A stretch of DNA of 64,000 nucleotides from an uncultured Erysipelotrichaceae bacterium (lineage in GTDB: Bacteria; Bacillota_I; Bacilli_A; RF39; UBA660): the NCBI GenBank assembly GCA_902800945.1, contig CADCFX010000007.1:1376-65375 (forward strand), written 5' to 3'. How positions within the stretch are numbered: the first letter of the stretch is position 1; each line of letters begins with the position of its first letter. The notes under the pieces were generated by a model. It made no database searches and was not told the DNA's origin. It worked only from the letters and a program-made list of their open reading frames with translations. Shown here in pieces: positions 8,704 to 18,471 of the stretch. Position numbers and translations under genes: made by a program.

Positions 8704-10353
8704 ATGACATATAAAGAATTAGCAGATTTAATTTTTCCTAATATTACAAAAACTGTAGAGGATTACGAAAAAGAATATCCTGAAAGAGATTTACCAGAGG
8801 GAGCAAGAGTAACTAGGTATGCACCTTCTCCAACGGGATTTATGCATATTGGGAATTTCTATTCTACAGTAGTTGATTATGTAATAGCGAAACATAGTAA
8901 TGGGGTATTCTATTTGCGTAATGAGGATACAGATGGCGCTAGAGAAATAGAAGGGGCTATAGAGTATATTAGACATGTAATAGAGCATTATAAGCTCTAT
9001 CCCGATGAATATGAGTATAAAGATACTAAAGAGACAAAAGGTAATTATGGTCCATATATACAAAGTGAAAGAAAGGATATTTATCATGCATTCATTAAGC
9101 ATTTAATTAGTGAAGGCAAAGCATATCCTTGTTTCTTAACACAAGAAGAGATGGATTCGATTAGGGAAAGTCAAACTAAAGATAAAAGAAGAATAGGGAT
9201 ATATGGGAGATATGCTAAGTATCGTAATTTAAGCCCTGATGAAGCTGCTGAAAGAATAAAAAATGGGGAGAATTATGTAATTAGATTAAAATCACAAGGA
9301 GATTTTAATAAGAAGTTTAAGTTTGATGATTTGGCTTTTGGAACTATGGAATTTCCAGAAAATGATATAGATGTTGTAATAATGAAGTCTTCAAATCTAT
9401 TACCAACTTATCATTTTGCACATTTAGTAGATGATCATTTGATGCATACTACTCATGTTGTAAGAGGACAAGAATGGATTTCTTCTGTTCCTACGCATTA
9501 TGAATTGTTTAAAACCTTTGGTTTTAAAATGCCTAAGTATGTTCATACTCCGTTAATATTAAAAAAAGATGGCGACAAGATAAGAAAAATATCTAAGAGA
9601 TTAGATCCTGAGGCTAGAATGACTTATTACGAAGAAAAGGGTTATCCTATATTTTCAGTTATTGAGGCGATAATGACTATAGCTAATTCTAACTATGAAG
9701 CATGGCGAGAAAATAACCCTGATAAAGAGTTTACTGAGTTTGATTTTTCACCTAAGAAGATGAGTGCTTCTGGGGCATTGTTTGATTTAGATAAATTGGA
9801 TAATATATCTAAGAATTATATATCTAAATTAAAAGCTACTGAAGTTTTTGATATGTTGGATGAATGGTCAAAAGAATATGACAAAGATTTTAATGAGTTA
9901 ATAAATAAATATAAAGATTATACTATTGAAATACTTAATATAGAGAGAGAACAAAAGAAACCTAGAAAGGATTATGCATCTTTCTCTGAGATTAAAGGTC
10001 AGATATGGTATATGTTTGATGAATTATATAAGACTCCAGATTATGAGTTTGCTGAAGGATTAGATAAAGAAGAAATTAATAAAGTTTTGAGTATATATTT
10101 TAAAGAGTATTATGATGAAAAAGATGATAAAGATACTTGGTTTAATAAAATGAAGGAAATGACTGATGAACTTGGTTATTGTTCTGATATGAAAGAGTAT
10201 AAAGCTAATCCGGATAAGTATAAAGGAAGTATAGCTGATATATCTAATATTATTAGAGTAGGTGTAACTAGTAAAAGACAAACTCCGGATTTATATGTAA
10301 TATTAAAACTACTAGGTAAAGATAGAATTAATAATAGAATAGAAAGCATCTAA
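8704..10353 (+). CDS. gltX: Glutamyl-tRNA synthetase
   Basis: HIGH-type motif PSPTGFMHIGN and KMSKS-type motif KISKR. Start moved from 8641 to ATG 8704 (RBS GAAAGGA) because 8641-8690 is the T-box and terminator. Confidence 0.9.
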   Translation: MTYKELADLIFPNITKTVEDYEKEYPERDLPEGARVTRYAPSPTGFMHIGNFYSTVVDYVIAKHSNGVFYLRNEDTDGAREIEGAIEYIRHVIEHYKLYPDEYEYKDTKETKGNYGPYIQSERKDIYHAFIKHLISEGKAYPCFLTQEEMDSIRESQTKDKRRIGIYGRYAKYRNLSPDEAAERIKNGENYVIRLKSQGDFNKKFKFDDLAFGTMEFPENDIDVVIMKSSNLLPTYHFAHLVDDHLMHTTHVVRGQEWISSVPTHYELFKTFGFKMPKYVHTPLILKKDGDKIRKISKRLDPEARMTYYEEKGYPIFSVIEAIMTIANSNYEAWRENNPDKEFTEFDFSPKKMSASGALFDLDKLDNISKNYISKLKATEVFDMLDEWSKEYDKDFNELINKYKDYTIEILNIEREQKKPRKDYASFSEIKGQIWYMFDELYKTPDYEFAEGLDKEEINKVLSIYFKEYYDEKDDKDTWFNKMKEMTDELGYCSDMKEYKANPDKYKGSIADISNIIRVGVTSKRQTPDLYVILKLLGKDRINNRIESI

Positions 10354-10374
10354 TTTTGTATAGATGTTTTTTTC
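10344..10374 (+). terminator. Rho-independent terminator after gltX
   Basis: 9-bp stem (10344-10352 with 10361-10369, including one G-U pair), an 8-nt loop, and a T-run to 10373. Overlaps the gltX stop codon. Confidence 0.7.
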
Positions 10375-10464
10375 TGCGATTAAGTTCTCGATATTTTTAT
10401 ATTTTTGTATCTATATTTTAATAAGTATGCTATACTTATAATAGTATGGAGTACTATAGGAAAG

Positions 10465-13400
10465 ATGGAAAATAAGATGAAGAAGACTAGATTTATTTAT
10501 TTTTTATTTCTTATTGTTGTTATAAGTAGTATTTTTTATGGTGTAAATGTAGTCAGAAGAAATTTAAATGCAGAATCAGGACAGTTTTCTTTTGACGGTT
10601 ATGCTTTAGTGTTGAATAGTAAGGCGACTAAATCTGAAGTTATTACGTTTAATAGTGGAGATGTTTATAATTATAAAAAATATGATGATATGGTTAGTTT
10701 TGTTTCAAATGATAAGAAGGTTAAAGTTGATAATTCTACTGTAATGCATTTTCAAGATAAATCTTTATTGGTATTAAAAAATACGGTTGGTATTAATTTG
10801 AATTCTATCGATATGCCTATTATTTTTTATTATAATATTTTTAAGAATTCTACTATTAGTTATAATGATAAAAAGTATAGTATTAAAACTATTGATAATG
10901 GAGATATAACTTTTGAACCATTATTACTTCGAATAACTGATAATAAATTCTTGATAGCAGGAGAAAGTGTTAGGGCTACTTTAGCTAGTGATGAAGTGGT
11001 TGATTTTGGTTCTTATGTTTATATAGAATATGTAGATGGTTCAATTATAAAACTATATAATGATGCTAATTATTATCAAACTATTACAGAAAATGCTAAC
11101 GTGGTTGTTGGAGATATTACAATTAATCTAAAAGAAGAAAGCATTAGTAAATCTGGAGTAAAATATATTTCTTTATCTAATCTTGTTATCAATCATGATG
11201 GAAATATAGACGTATTAGTGGAAGAGAAAAAAGAGGCTGAAAAAGCTATTATTGAAGAACCTAATAGTAAAGAAATACTAAGTAAAGATGATGAGCAAAT
11301 AGATGATAGTAAAAGTAGTACTACAACTACTAATAATGTAAGCGGGAATGGATCTGAAAATACTGAAAATAATCCTGGCGGGGTTATAAATAGTGATGGT
11401 AGTATAACTGATAATAGTGTAGAGGAAGTAGAAAGTGAAGATAAGGAATCTAAAGAACCTGTTTATAAGGTTACTAAATTGTCTATCGATGCTTTATCTC
11501 TTGATGCTTCTTTTGAAATTCAAGACGATGATTCATTAATCTCTGGACCTACACAGATTAGGATTATAGAGAATGCTACTTCTAAGGTTGTATATGAATC
11601 TTCGATAGAAGCGGGAGATTTATTTGGTTATGTTTCTTATCCGGATTTAAAACCAGACACGGAATATACTTTAACGGCCAAAGCTCCTTATAAAGTTGAT
11701 GATGTAGAGTATGATAAGACTTTTATATCTAAAATATTTAGAACAGAATCATTGGGGGTTTATTTTGAAAAGGCGTATGCAACTGCGACTTCTATAGTTA
11801 TAGATGTAAATCGCGAAAGTTATTCAAATGTTTCGATGGCAACTTTAGGTATATTTGATAGCGATGGTAAACTTATTGATTATCAAGGCGTTGATTTTTC
11901 TGTAAATAATACTAACAGGATTCAATTTGCTAATTTAGATAGTAATACGACTTATATGGTTAAACTTTATGATATTCTATCATCGGGAATTATTGTAAAT
12001 GATGGTTTTTCTCAGAAGGAGAATATTTCAACTTTAAAGGTTGCACCAACAGTTGGAGATTTGGAATATGCTGTAAGTAAAAGCCGTTCTGCCTTTGAAC
12101 TTAGTGTTAAAGGGGTAAAAGATAGCGATTATGGTATTAAAGGCTATAGATATGAAGTCTATGATGTAAGGCAAAATATTACTAATGAAAAGCCAATAGT
12201 TGTGGTTGAAAAAGATACTTTGGTTGCGGCAGATGTTGCTGTAGATGATATAAATATACATCATGGAGTAGCTTATACTTATAAACTAATTGTTTTATTT
12301 AATGATAATGAAAAAGATATTGAATATTCATTTGATTTGGGAACAACAATGCAAATTGATGGAGTTACATTCCCTAGTGTTCGTTGGGAAGAATCGTCTG
12401 TTACTTGGGAGCAAATAAATGGAACTATAATTGTTGATGATCCTTCTAATACAATAATGAGTGATACATATAGAATAGTTTATAAAAACTCTGTAGATGC
12501 TTATGAAACTCGTTCTATAACAGCTTCTACGGATAGAAATGCGATTCCGATAAATGTAAATTATCTAAGAGCTAATGAAACGTATACATTTGATGTTTAT
12601 GCCAGTATAAATCTACAAGACGGTAATCCAACTGCTACGGAAACATATATTGGAAGTGTTAAGGTACAAACAAAATCTCCTAAGTCTTTAACAGCAGTAT
12701 TTGGTGATAATGGTTCTTATGATGATGTTTTCTCTTTGAGTTTCTCTTTGGCTAATGATGAGGAAGATGCAAGCTTTGAAGCTAGTACGTTATCTTCACT
12801 TACATTTACTCTATATCAAGGATCAACTACTGAAGGTAGAGTTGAAACCTATAAGAAGACTATAGATACTGACGATGATGAGTATACAAGCGTATTAAAA
12901 TCAATGTTTTATGATGCTTCTGCAGTTATAGATGCTAAATTCTTTAATAAGGAAAACTCAGATTTTAAACAAAAAACTTATACTTTAGTAATAGATGGAT
13001 CTTACGATTATACAGGATATGATTCTAATATAATACCTATTACAAATAATGTGTTCCATTTCCAAGTTAATAATTATATTCCTAGTTTACCTGATCCTAA
13101 TGAGGCGCAGATGGTTGTAAATAGTATTTATAATAGAAATGCTGATAGTTTTAATATAGAGTATAATGATGAGTTGCTTCCTAATACTCTTGTTGGTTAT
13201 AATGTTATAGCAGATTATGATAATTCTAGTAAAACAGGGAAATATGTTGTTTATCATGTATGGCGTTATAATCCTGCGACTGATGAATATGAAATGGTTC
13301 CGGGGTTAGATAGAAGTATTAATTTTGATGCTTCTGGTAATTTAAAACCTTCTGTTTATATGGTTGGAGACGGAACAGATGCTAATACGTTGGATAGTGA

Positions 13401-15795
13401 TATGCTAAGAAGAGGTAATGATTATTATTTCTCATATGAAGCTTATTTGGATATGGATAAAGATGGTACTGCTGAAACGGTTTATCCTACATCTATTGAT
13501 TCGACGGTGGTCTTGAAAAGCGAAACGCTTAGTCCTTTAAAACAAGTTAGTAGTTTTGTTTTATATCCATCAGTAAGTGATGCTTCAACTTTTACTTGGA
13601 AGTATAAGTATAAAGATATTGATCATGCAATATCTGATGGTAAGTTGTACGGGTTTAAAAATGCGGATGTTAATCCTTTGTCATCAGCTGATATTTCGTA
13701 TAATGAAGATTTTCAGGCAGTAACCTTTACAGGTCTTAGTTCTTCTAATATATTGACTATTCGTAAAAAAGAACAACTACAGAAGAGTGCTGAGCCTGGA
13801 TATGTGGCTTTGACTAGTCAGTATTTCTATGGCTTTAGAAATAATTTGGGGCTTCGTTATAGCTTGAGTAATGATGTTAATAAGGTGATTATATCAGTTG
13901 ATAATTATTCTGAAAATGCGACAGTGGTAGCGAGAATAGCTGCTGCTGATGTAATTATAACTCCGACTGACCCTGTAAAATTACAACAATTGGGTGTGAA
14001 AAAGTTTGAGAAACAAGATATATCATCTGGAAGCATAGTTTTAAACTATATGGATATTTCAGAATATATTTCTACTCCGGTAAAAATTGAGGTTAAGGCG
14101 TATTATGATAGTGGAAATACTGGTTTTGATGTTCCTAGTGAGTATAAAGCTATTCAAAAGGGTACTTATGATACATATGGTAATTATTTTAATGTTTCTT
14201 CATCTTCTAAGTTGGTACAATCTAGTTCTATATATGGTAATTTAATGACTGTTAATACTGATTTTACTAATGAATCGATGCAAATTAGAACTATGAAGGG
14301 TGTAAATCATACAGTTAGTTTTAAGATGGATCAAACTGGTGTTGTTTATGATAACAATAATGTTTTGTTAAAGGAGATAAGAACGGAAAATTTAGCTTCA
14401 TCTAATAACGTTATGCAATTTGATTATATTATTCCTGGTATTTCTTTACATAAAAATAATAAAATTGATGTCACTTCATTTTTAACCAGCGTAAAGCTTA
14501 ATGCTCATCTATATAGTACTGAATATAGTAATATAAGAGAAAATCTAGTATATATTGATTTGTATGAGACTGATAGTAATGGTATAAATTCTACATTCTT
14601 AACGACTTTGACAAAGAATATTTCTGCGTTTGATTCACCAATTGAGATTAATAATTTACAGCCTAAGACGAATTATTATGTTAATTTTTATGTTTATGTT
14701 TTCAATTCTGATACTGGTGCTTATGAAAAAATATACTTGTATGATGTTAATCAAAAAGTTATGGGAGTAAATTATCATTTCTATACCTTATCTGAGGTTG
14801 GAGTGACTAATATTCAAGCTGAGTTAGTTGCTACATCTTATCGTAATAAAGACCTTGTTATTTCATTTAATTTAGATACTTTGGTTGGTTATGATTCGAT
14901 TGATTATAAGTTATATAAGTATCAAGGTGGTTCTTTTGTTCCTACTGATATTACGATACCTAGTAGTAGGGCTTTCTTTAGAACGATGAATATTAATGTT
15001 GATGCTTCTCCATCTCCTAATAATGAGATTGAGTATGAAGGAACTTATAGGATTGTAATTACTCCTATGGGTAGTTATACAGAGAATGGTGAAGTTGTTA
15101 ATATTGAATTGGGTTCTTATAGTAGAGAGTTTACTATAGGAAGTTATGAAGAGCCGTATATTGGAATTTCTTCTGGTAAGACGGATTCTTCAATATTCTT
15201 TAGAGTTAGTGTAAATGATCCTAGTAAAGTTATTGTTAATGATAGTTATACTATTACATTATTAGATAGCAATGATCAAGTTGTAGCTTCAACTGAAAAT
15301 GTTTCTATAGGAAACACCTATAAGAGATTTACTTTTGATGTTTCACAGTATAATTTGGTTTATGGTGAAGTTTATAAGTTTGTGGTTACAGCTAGTGCTG
15401 ATTATACTAATAAAGGAAGAAATTTTACTCCTCTTACTAAGAGCCGTTCAGTTAGATATGGCGGAAATATTTATTTAGGAACTGTAATGTTACAGAATAT
15501 GACTGATGATGATGGTACTCATCTGAACTTAGTTTTTGCTGATTCATTTAATTTAAATGATATAACTTCAGTTACATATAATATTTCTTCAATGGAGACC
15601 GGATTCTTCTTATCTAGGAATGAGACTTTTTCTGCAAGGTATGAACCGACTACGGATTTATATTATTATTCATTGTTACTTAATGATGATGATTATCTTC
15701 CTGGAGCAGTATATACTTTATCATTAAATTTCTATCGTGATGGAGATTTGATAGAAAGTGCAGAATTCGATTACTATGAAGGGGGGAATGGATAA
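10465..15795 (+). CDS. Giant N-terminally anchored surface protein with an array of Fn3/Ig-like beta-sandwich repeats
   Basis: Uninterrupted ORF of 1777 aa from ATG 10465 (the ORF track starts at TTG 10405). It has one N-terminal TM helix (FIYFLFLIVVISSIFYGV) and a Ser/Thr/Asn-rich linker. At least 9 repeats end in a Y-x-h-x-h motif, for example TEYTLTAKA, TTYMVKLYD, VAYTYKLIV, ETYTFDVYA, TNYYVNFYV, GTYRIVITP, EVYKFVVTA and AVYTLSLNF. No LPXTG motif and no C-terminal anchor. Confidence 0.8.
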   Translation: MENKMKKTRFIYFLFLIVVISSIFYGVNVVRRNLNAESGQFSFDGYALVLNSKATKSEVITFNSGDVYNYKKYDDMVSFVSNDKKVKVDNSTVMHFQDKSLLVLKNTVGINLNSIDMPIIFYYNIFKNSTISYNDKKYSIKTIDNGDITFEPLLLRITDNKFLIAGESVRATLASDEVVDFGSYVYIEYVDGSIIKLYNDANYYQTITENANVVVGDITINLKEESISKSGVKYISLSNLVINHDGNIDVLVEEKKEAEKAIIEEPNSKEILSKDDEQIDDSKSSTTTTNNVSGNGSENTENNPGGVINSDGSITDNSVEEVESEDKESKEPVYKVTKLSIDALSLDASFEIQDDDSLISGPTQIRIIENATSKVVYESSIEAGDLFGYVSYPDLKPDTEYTLTAKAPYKVDDVEYDKTFISKIFRTESLGVYFEKAYATATSIVIDVNRESYSNVSMATLGIFDSDGKLIDYQGVDFSVNNTNRIQFANLDSNTTYMVKLYDILSSGIIVNDGFSQKENISTLKVAPTVGDLEYAVSKSRSAFELSVKGVKDSDYGIKGYRYEVYDVRQNITNEKPIVVVEKDTLVAADVAVDDINIHHGVAYTYKLIVLFNDNEKDIEYSFDLGTTMQIDGVTFPSVRWEESSVTWEQINGTIIVDDPSNTIMSDTYRIVYKNSVDAYETRSITASTDRNAIPINVNYLRANETYTFDVYASINLQDGNPTATETYIGSVKVQTKSPKSLTAVFGDNGSYDDVFSLSFSLANDEEDASFEASTLSSLTFTLYQGSTTEGRVETYKKTIDTDDDEYTSVLKSMFYDASAVIDAKFFNKENSDFKQKTYTLVIDGSYDYTGYDSNIIPITNNVFHFQVNNYIPSLPDPNEAQMVVNSIYNRNADSFNIEYNDELLPNTLVGYNVIADYDNSSKTGKYVVYHVWRYNPATDEYEMVPGLDRSINFDASGNLKPSVYMVGDGTDANTLDSDMLRRGNDYYFSYEAYLDMDKDGTAETVYPTSIDSTVVLKSETLSPLKQVSSFVLYPSVSDASTFTWKYKYKDIDHAISDGKLYGFKNADVNPLSSADISYNEDFQAVTFTGLSSSNILTIRKKEQLQKSAEPGYVALTSQYFYGFRNNLGLRYSLSNDVNKVIISVDNYSENATVVARIAAADVIITPTDPVKLQQLGVKKFEKQDISSGSIVLNYMDISEYISTPVKIEVKAYYDSGNTGFDVPSEYKAIQKGTYDTYGNYFNVSSSSKLVQSSSIYGNLMTVNTDFTNESMQIRTMKGVNHTVSFKMDQTGVVYDNNNVLLKEIRTENLASSNNVMQFDYIIPGISLHKNNKIDVTSFLTSVKLNAHLYSTEYSNIRENLVYIDLYETDSNGINSTFLTTLTKNISAFDSPIEINNLQPKTNYYVNFYVYVFNSDTGAYEKIYLYDVNQKVMGVNYHFYTLSEVGVTNIQAELVATSYRNKDLVISFNLDTLVGYDSIDYKLYKYQGGSFVPTDITIPSSRAFFRTMNINVDASPSPNNEIEYEGTYRIVITPMGSYTENGEVVNIELGSYSREFTIGSYEEPYIGISSGKTDSSIFFRVSVNDPSKVIVNDSYTITLLDSNDQVVASTENVSIGNTYKRFTFDVSQYNLVYGEVYKFVVTASADYTNKGRNFTPLTKSRSVRYGGNIYLGTVMLQNMTDDDGTHLNLVFADSFNLNDITSVTYNISSMETGFFLSRNETFSARYEPTTDLYYYSLLLNDDDYLPGAVYTLSLNFYRDGDLIESAEFDYYEGGNG
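11460..15780 (+). repeat. Protein-level tandem array of roughly 100-aa beta-sandwich (Fn3-like) modules inside the 1777-aa CDS
   Basis: A tyrosine-corner-like motif (T/S-x-Y-x-h-x-h) recurs about every 90-130 residues. The repeats are diverged at DNA level. Boundaries are approximate. Confidence 0.55.
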
Positions 15796-17315
15796 TGCGA
15801 AAATTAAATCTTAAGAATAAGGTGTTTATTGTTGTCTTTTCCCTTATTATTTTAGGAATTATTGGTTTATTAGTTTACGCAGTTAAATTGGTTGGTAATA
15901 AGGGAAAAGAAGTTTATGCTGTTACGAGTAATACTGTATTGTTTGCTAATGATTCAAATCAAATAGATACTAAGAATGGTGGAAGGATAGAAAAAAAATG
16001 GAGTGGCGATTATTACTTTTTAGCTAGTAATCAAGATACTTATAAATTAGGGAAAAGTTCTGTAGTATATGAAACTTCTAATGATACTTTGACTATATTT
16101 GGCGATAATTATCAAGTATTTAAAGATGGTAATGTTGCTAAGTTAAAAGATAGCGCCACTATAAATGATTTGTCTGTTCCATATTTTTATAAATTAGAAG
16201 ATAGAGTATATCTAATTGTAGCAGATGAAATATATAATGAGGATAAATCGATATTTGCTAATAAGTATTTGTTGATATATATTGATAAACAAGGAAATGC
16301 TTCTGTTTTAAATGATGTACTTAATATTAAAACTATTAATCCGATGATTTTATATTTTGGTAATTTTACTTTTGATATAGCCAATGAAAAATTAATTGTA
16401 GATGAAAAAAGTATTGATTTAAAAGCTATTATTGGTAGTACTAATGAATATGTGGTTCCAGAAAAAGAAGAAGATGTCTTGAACTTTGATTCTAATAAAT
16501 TAATTGAATCATATAATGAGTTGGTGAACGATTTTAATCAGTATGCTAGTAATAATAAGATTAAATCTTACGCTAATAATCAAGTGATTCAGAATAATAA
16601 TACGGTAATTAATAATAATACTACTAATAATGGTGAAACAATTATTAATAATAATGGAGGAGTAAGTAATTCGTCTTCTAATAATGCTGTACAAGCAAAG
16701 AACAAAACTAATTTGGTGAAAAGAGTTAGTCTTAGGGGTTCTATTTCTTATCCTACTTTTATTGATGTATCATATATAGTAACTGATCCTGAGAATAAAT
16801 ATCAAGCTGTGTATTTGTTGGTAACTGGGGAAATAAATGGTGAAGTTGCTACTCAAAAGATAATTCTTGATAAATATGATACAAAATATCGAATTGTTGG
16901 TTTGGCTACTAATAGTGAGTATTCTATTAGTTTGGGGTATATAGAAGTGGTAAAGGATGAAGATACTGGAGAAAAGAGTTTAGTTGATAATATTGAAGAT
17001 GTTATTAATGTTAGAACAACTAAAACAAAGTATGCATTAAAAATAGAAAAGATTTCTAATGGTTATGTATATTTTAATTATAAAATGACTTCTGATTATG
17101 CTTTTGAATCTGGTAAGATTGTTTTATATGCTGGTGGTAATATGTTAGATGAAGTACTTATTGATACTGAGGCTATAAAAAGCGAAAAAGGATTTGAAGG
17201 GCGATTAAAACTAGAACAGTCAAATTTGTATGAAATACGTGTTGAAGAAGCGGTATATAATGGAAAAAATGTTAATGATAGAATTGTTAAATCGTTTGCA
17301 ATTCCGATGCCATAA
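15795..17315 (+). CDS. N-terminally anchored surface protein (506 aa) with an Asn-rich linker and two Fn3-like modules
   Basis: The start ATG overlaps the upstream stop (TAATG) and is preceded by the RBS AAGGGGGG. TM helix VFIVVFSLIILGIIGLLVY. Asn-rich tract at about 16560-16700. C-terminal modules carry NSEYSISLGY and SNLYEIRVEE. Confidence 0.8.
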   Translation: MRKLNLKNKVFIVVFSLIILGIIGLLVYAVKLVGNKGKEVYAVTSNTVLFANDSNQIDTKNGGRIEKKWSGDYYFLASNQDTYKLGKSSVVYETSNDTLTIFGDNYQVFKDGNVAKLKDSATINDLSVPYFYKLEDRVYLIVADEIYNEDKSIFANKYLLIYIDKQGNASVLNDVLNIKTINPMILYFGNFTFDIANEKLIVDEKSIDLKAIIGSTNEYVVPEKEEDVLNFDSNKLIESYNELVNDFNQYASNNKIKSYANNQVIQNNNTVINNNTTNNGETIINNNGGVSNSSSNNAVQAKNKTNLVKRVSLRGSISYPTFIDVSYIVTDPENKYQAVYLLVTGEINGEVATQKIILDKYDTKYRIVGLATNSEYSISLGYIEVVKDEDTGEKSLVDNIEDVINVRTTKTKYALKIEKISNGYVYFNYKMTSDYAFESGKIVLYAGGNMLDEVLIDTEAIKSEKGFEGRLKLEQSNLYEIRVEEAVYNGKNVNDRIVKSFAIPMP

Positions 17316-17338
17316 TAGTTTTGTTAATTATTAGATAA

Positions 17339-17614
<276 letters not shown>

Positions 17615-17617
17615 TTT

Positions 17618-18376
17618 ATGAATGAAATATTTATAATAATTGGAGTAGTAGTAATACTGCTTTTGGTATTTACTTTATTACTATTTTATATAAGTAAAAG
17701 GGTAAATTTGTTAATAAAAAAGATTTTTGTTGATAGATTACAAGAGTTTGATTTCTTGATAGAAGATAAGGAAAAAAAGATTAATGAGTTAAATGGTGAG
17801 ATATCAAATAGAAAAGAACAAATAGAAGAATTAAAGTCTAAAACTGTAAAAAGAACGGTAGACATAGAAGATAATAATAAAGAAGTTGTATTACCGGTTT
17901 TTGCAGATTTAGAAGATGATAACGTTAAAACGATTTATAGAAAAATTAAATATGGATTTAATTATGATGTGGAAACTGCTATAAAGAAGTTGGTTAAGAG
18001 TAATCATGAAAATAATAGTAAACAGTTGTATAATGAATATAGAAAGATTAGAAGTTATTTTTCATTTAATGTTATTTATAAAATATCTACATTTCAAAGT
18101 AATGAACAGTTTGTGATAGTAAATGAATTGTTAAGTGATATTGAGAAGGAAAGAGTAAAAAATATATTAGTTAAGAAAAACTTTAATATTAATAAATTTG
18201 TTGAAAAGGTAGAGGAACTGATAATAAAGAGTAATCCAAAGATTAAAGTTTTGGTGGGGGATAAAAGTAAGTCATATAATGATATTGATGAGTATGTAGA
18301 AACTGTATATTCTGATAAAATAACAGAAGGATTTAAGATTGAATATAAGGGAGTAGTATTTGATTATAGTATATAG
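17618..18376 (+). CDS. Subunit b-like stalk protein (N-terminal TM helix, coiled coil, extra C-terminal domain)
   Basis: 252 aa. TM helix IFIIIGVVVILLLVFTLLLFYI is followed by the charged coiled coil DKEKKINELNGEISNRKEQIEELKSK. It occupies the atpF position between the c-like and alpha-like genes. The assignment rests on architecture and position only. Confidence 0.5.
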   Translation: MNEIFIIIGVVVILLLVFTLLLFYISKRVNLLIKKIFVDRLQEFDFLIEDKEKKINELNGEISNRKEQIEELKSKTVKRTVDIEDNNKEVVLPVFADLEDDNVKTIYRKIKYGFNYDVETAIKKLVKSNHENNSKQLYNEYRKIRSYFSFNVIYKISTFQSNEQFVIVNELLSDIEKERVKNILVKKNFNINKFVEKVEELIIKSNPKIKVLVGDKSKSYNDIDEYVETVYSDKITEGFKIEYKGVVFDYSI

Positions 18377-18471
18377 AATATGGAAATAAAAAGGGAGAAT
18401 TAGGATTATTTATGATAATGAAACAGCACTTATCCATTGTGTTTTATTGTAAATAATACTAGGAAGTTGTT

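Noticed and set aside
8791-10281. Minus-strand ORFs 8791-9102 and 10060-10281
   Set aside because: They are antisense within gltX. The peptides are Ile/Phe-rich and low-complexity, and no start signals are present.
12034-16694. Minus-strand ORFs 12034-12264, 16187-16384 and 16509-16694
   Set aside because: They are antisense within the long surface-protein CDSs. 16509-16694 is simply the complement of the Asn-rich tract.
18412-18456. 14-codon ORF in the gap between the b-like and alpha-like genes
   Set aside because: It is too short, has a poorly spaced RBS, and nothing is recognisable. It is mentioned only because atpH would normally lie here.
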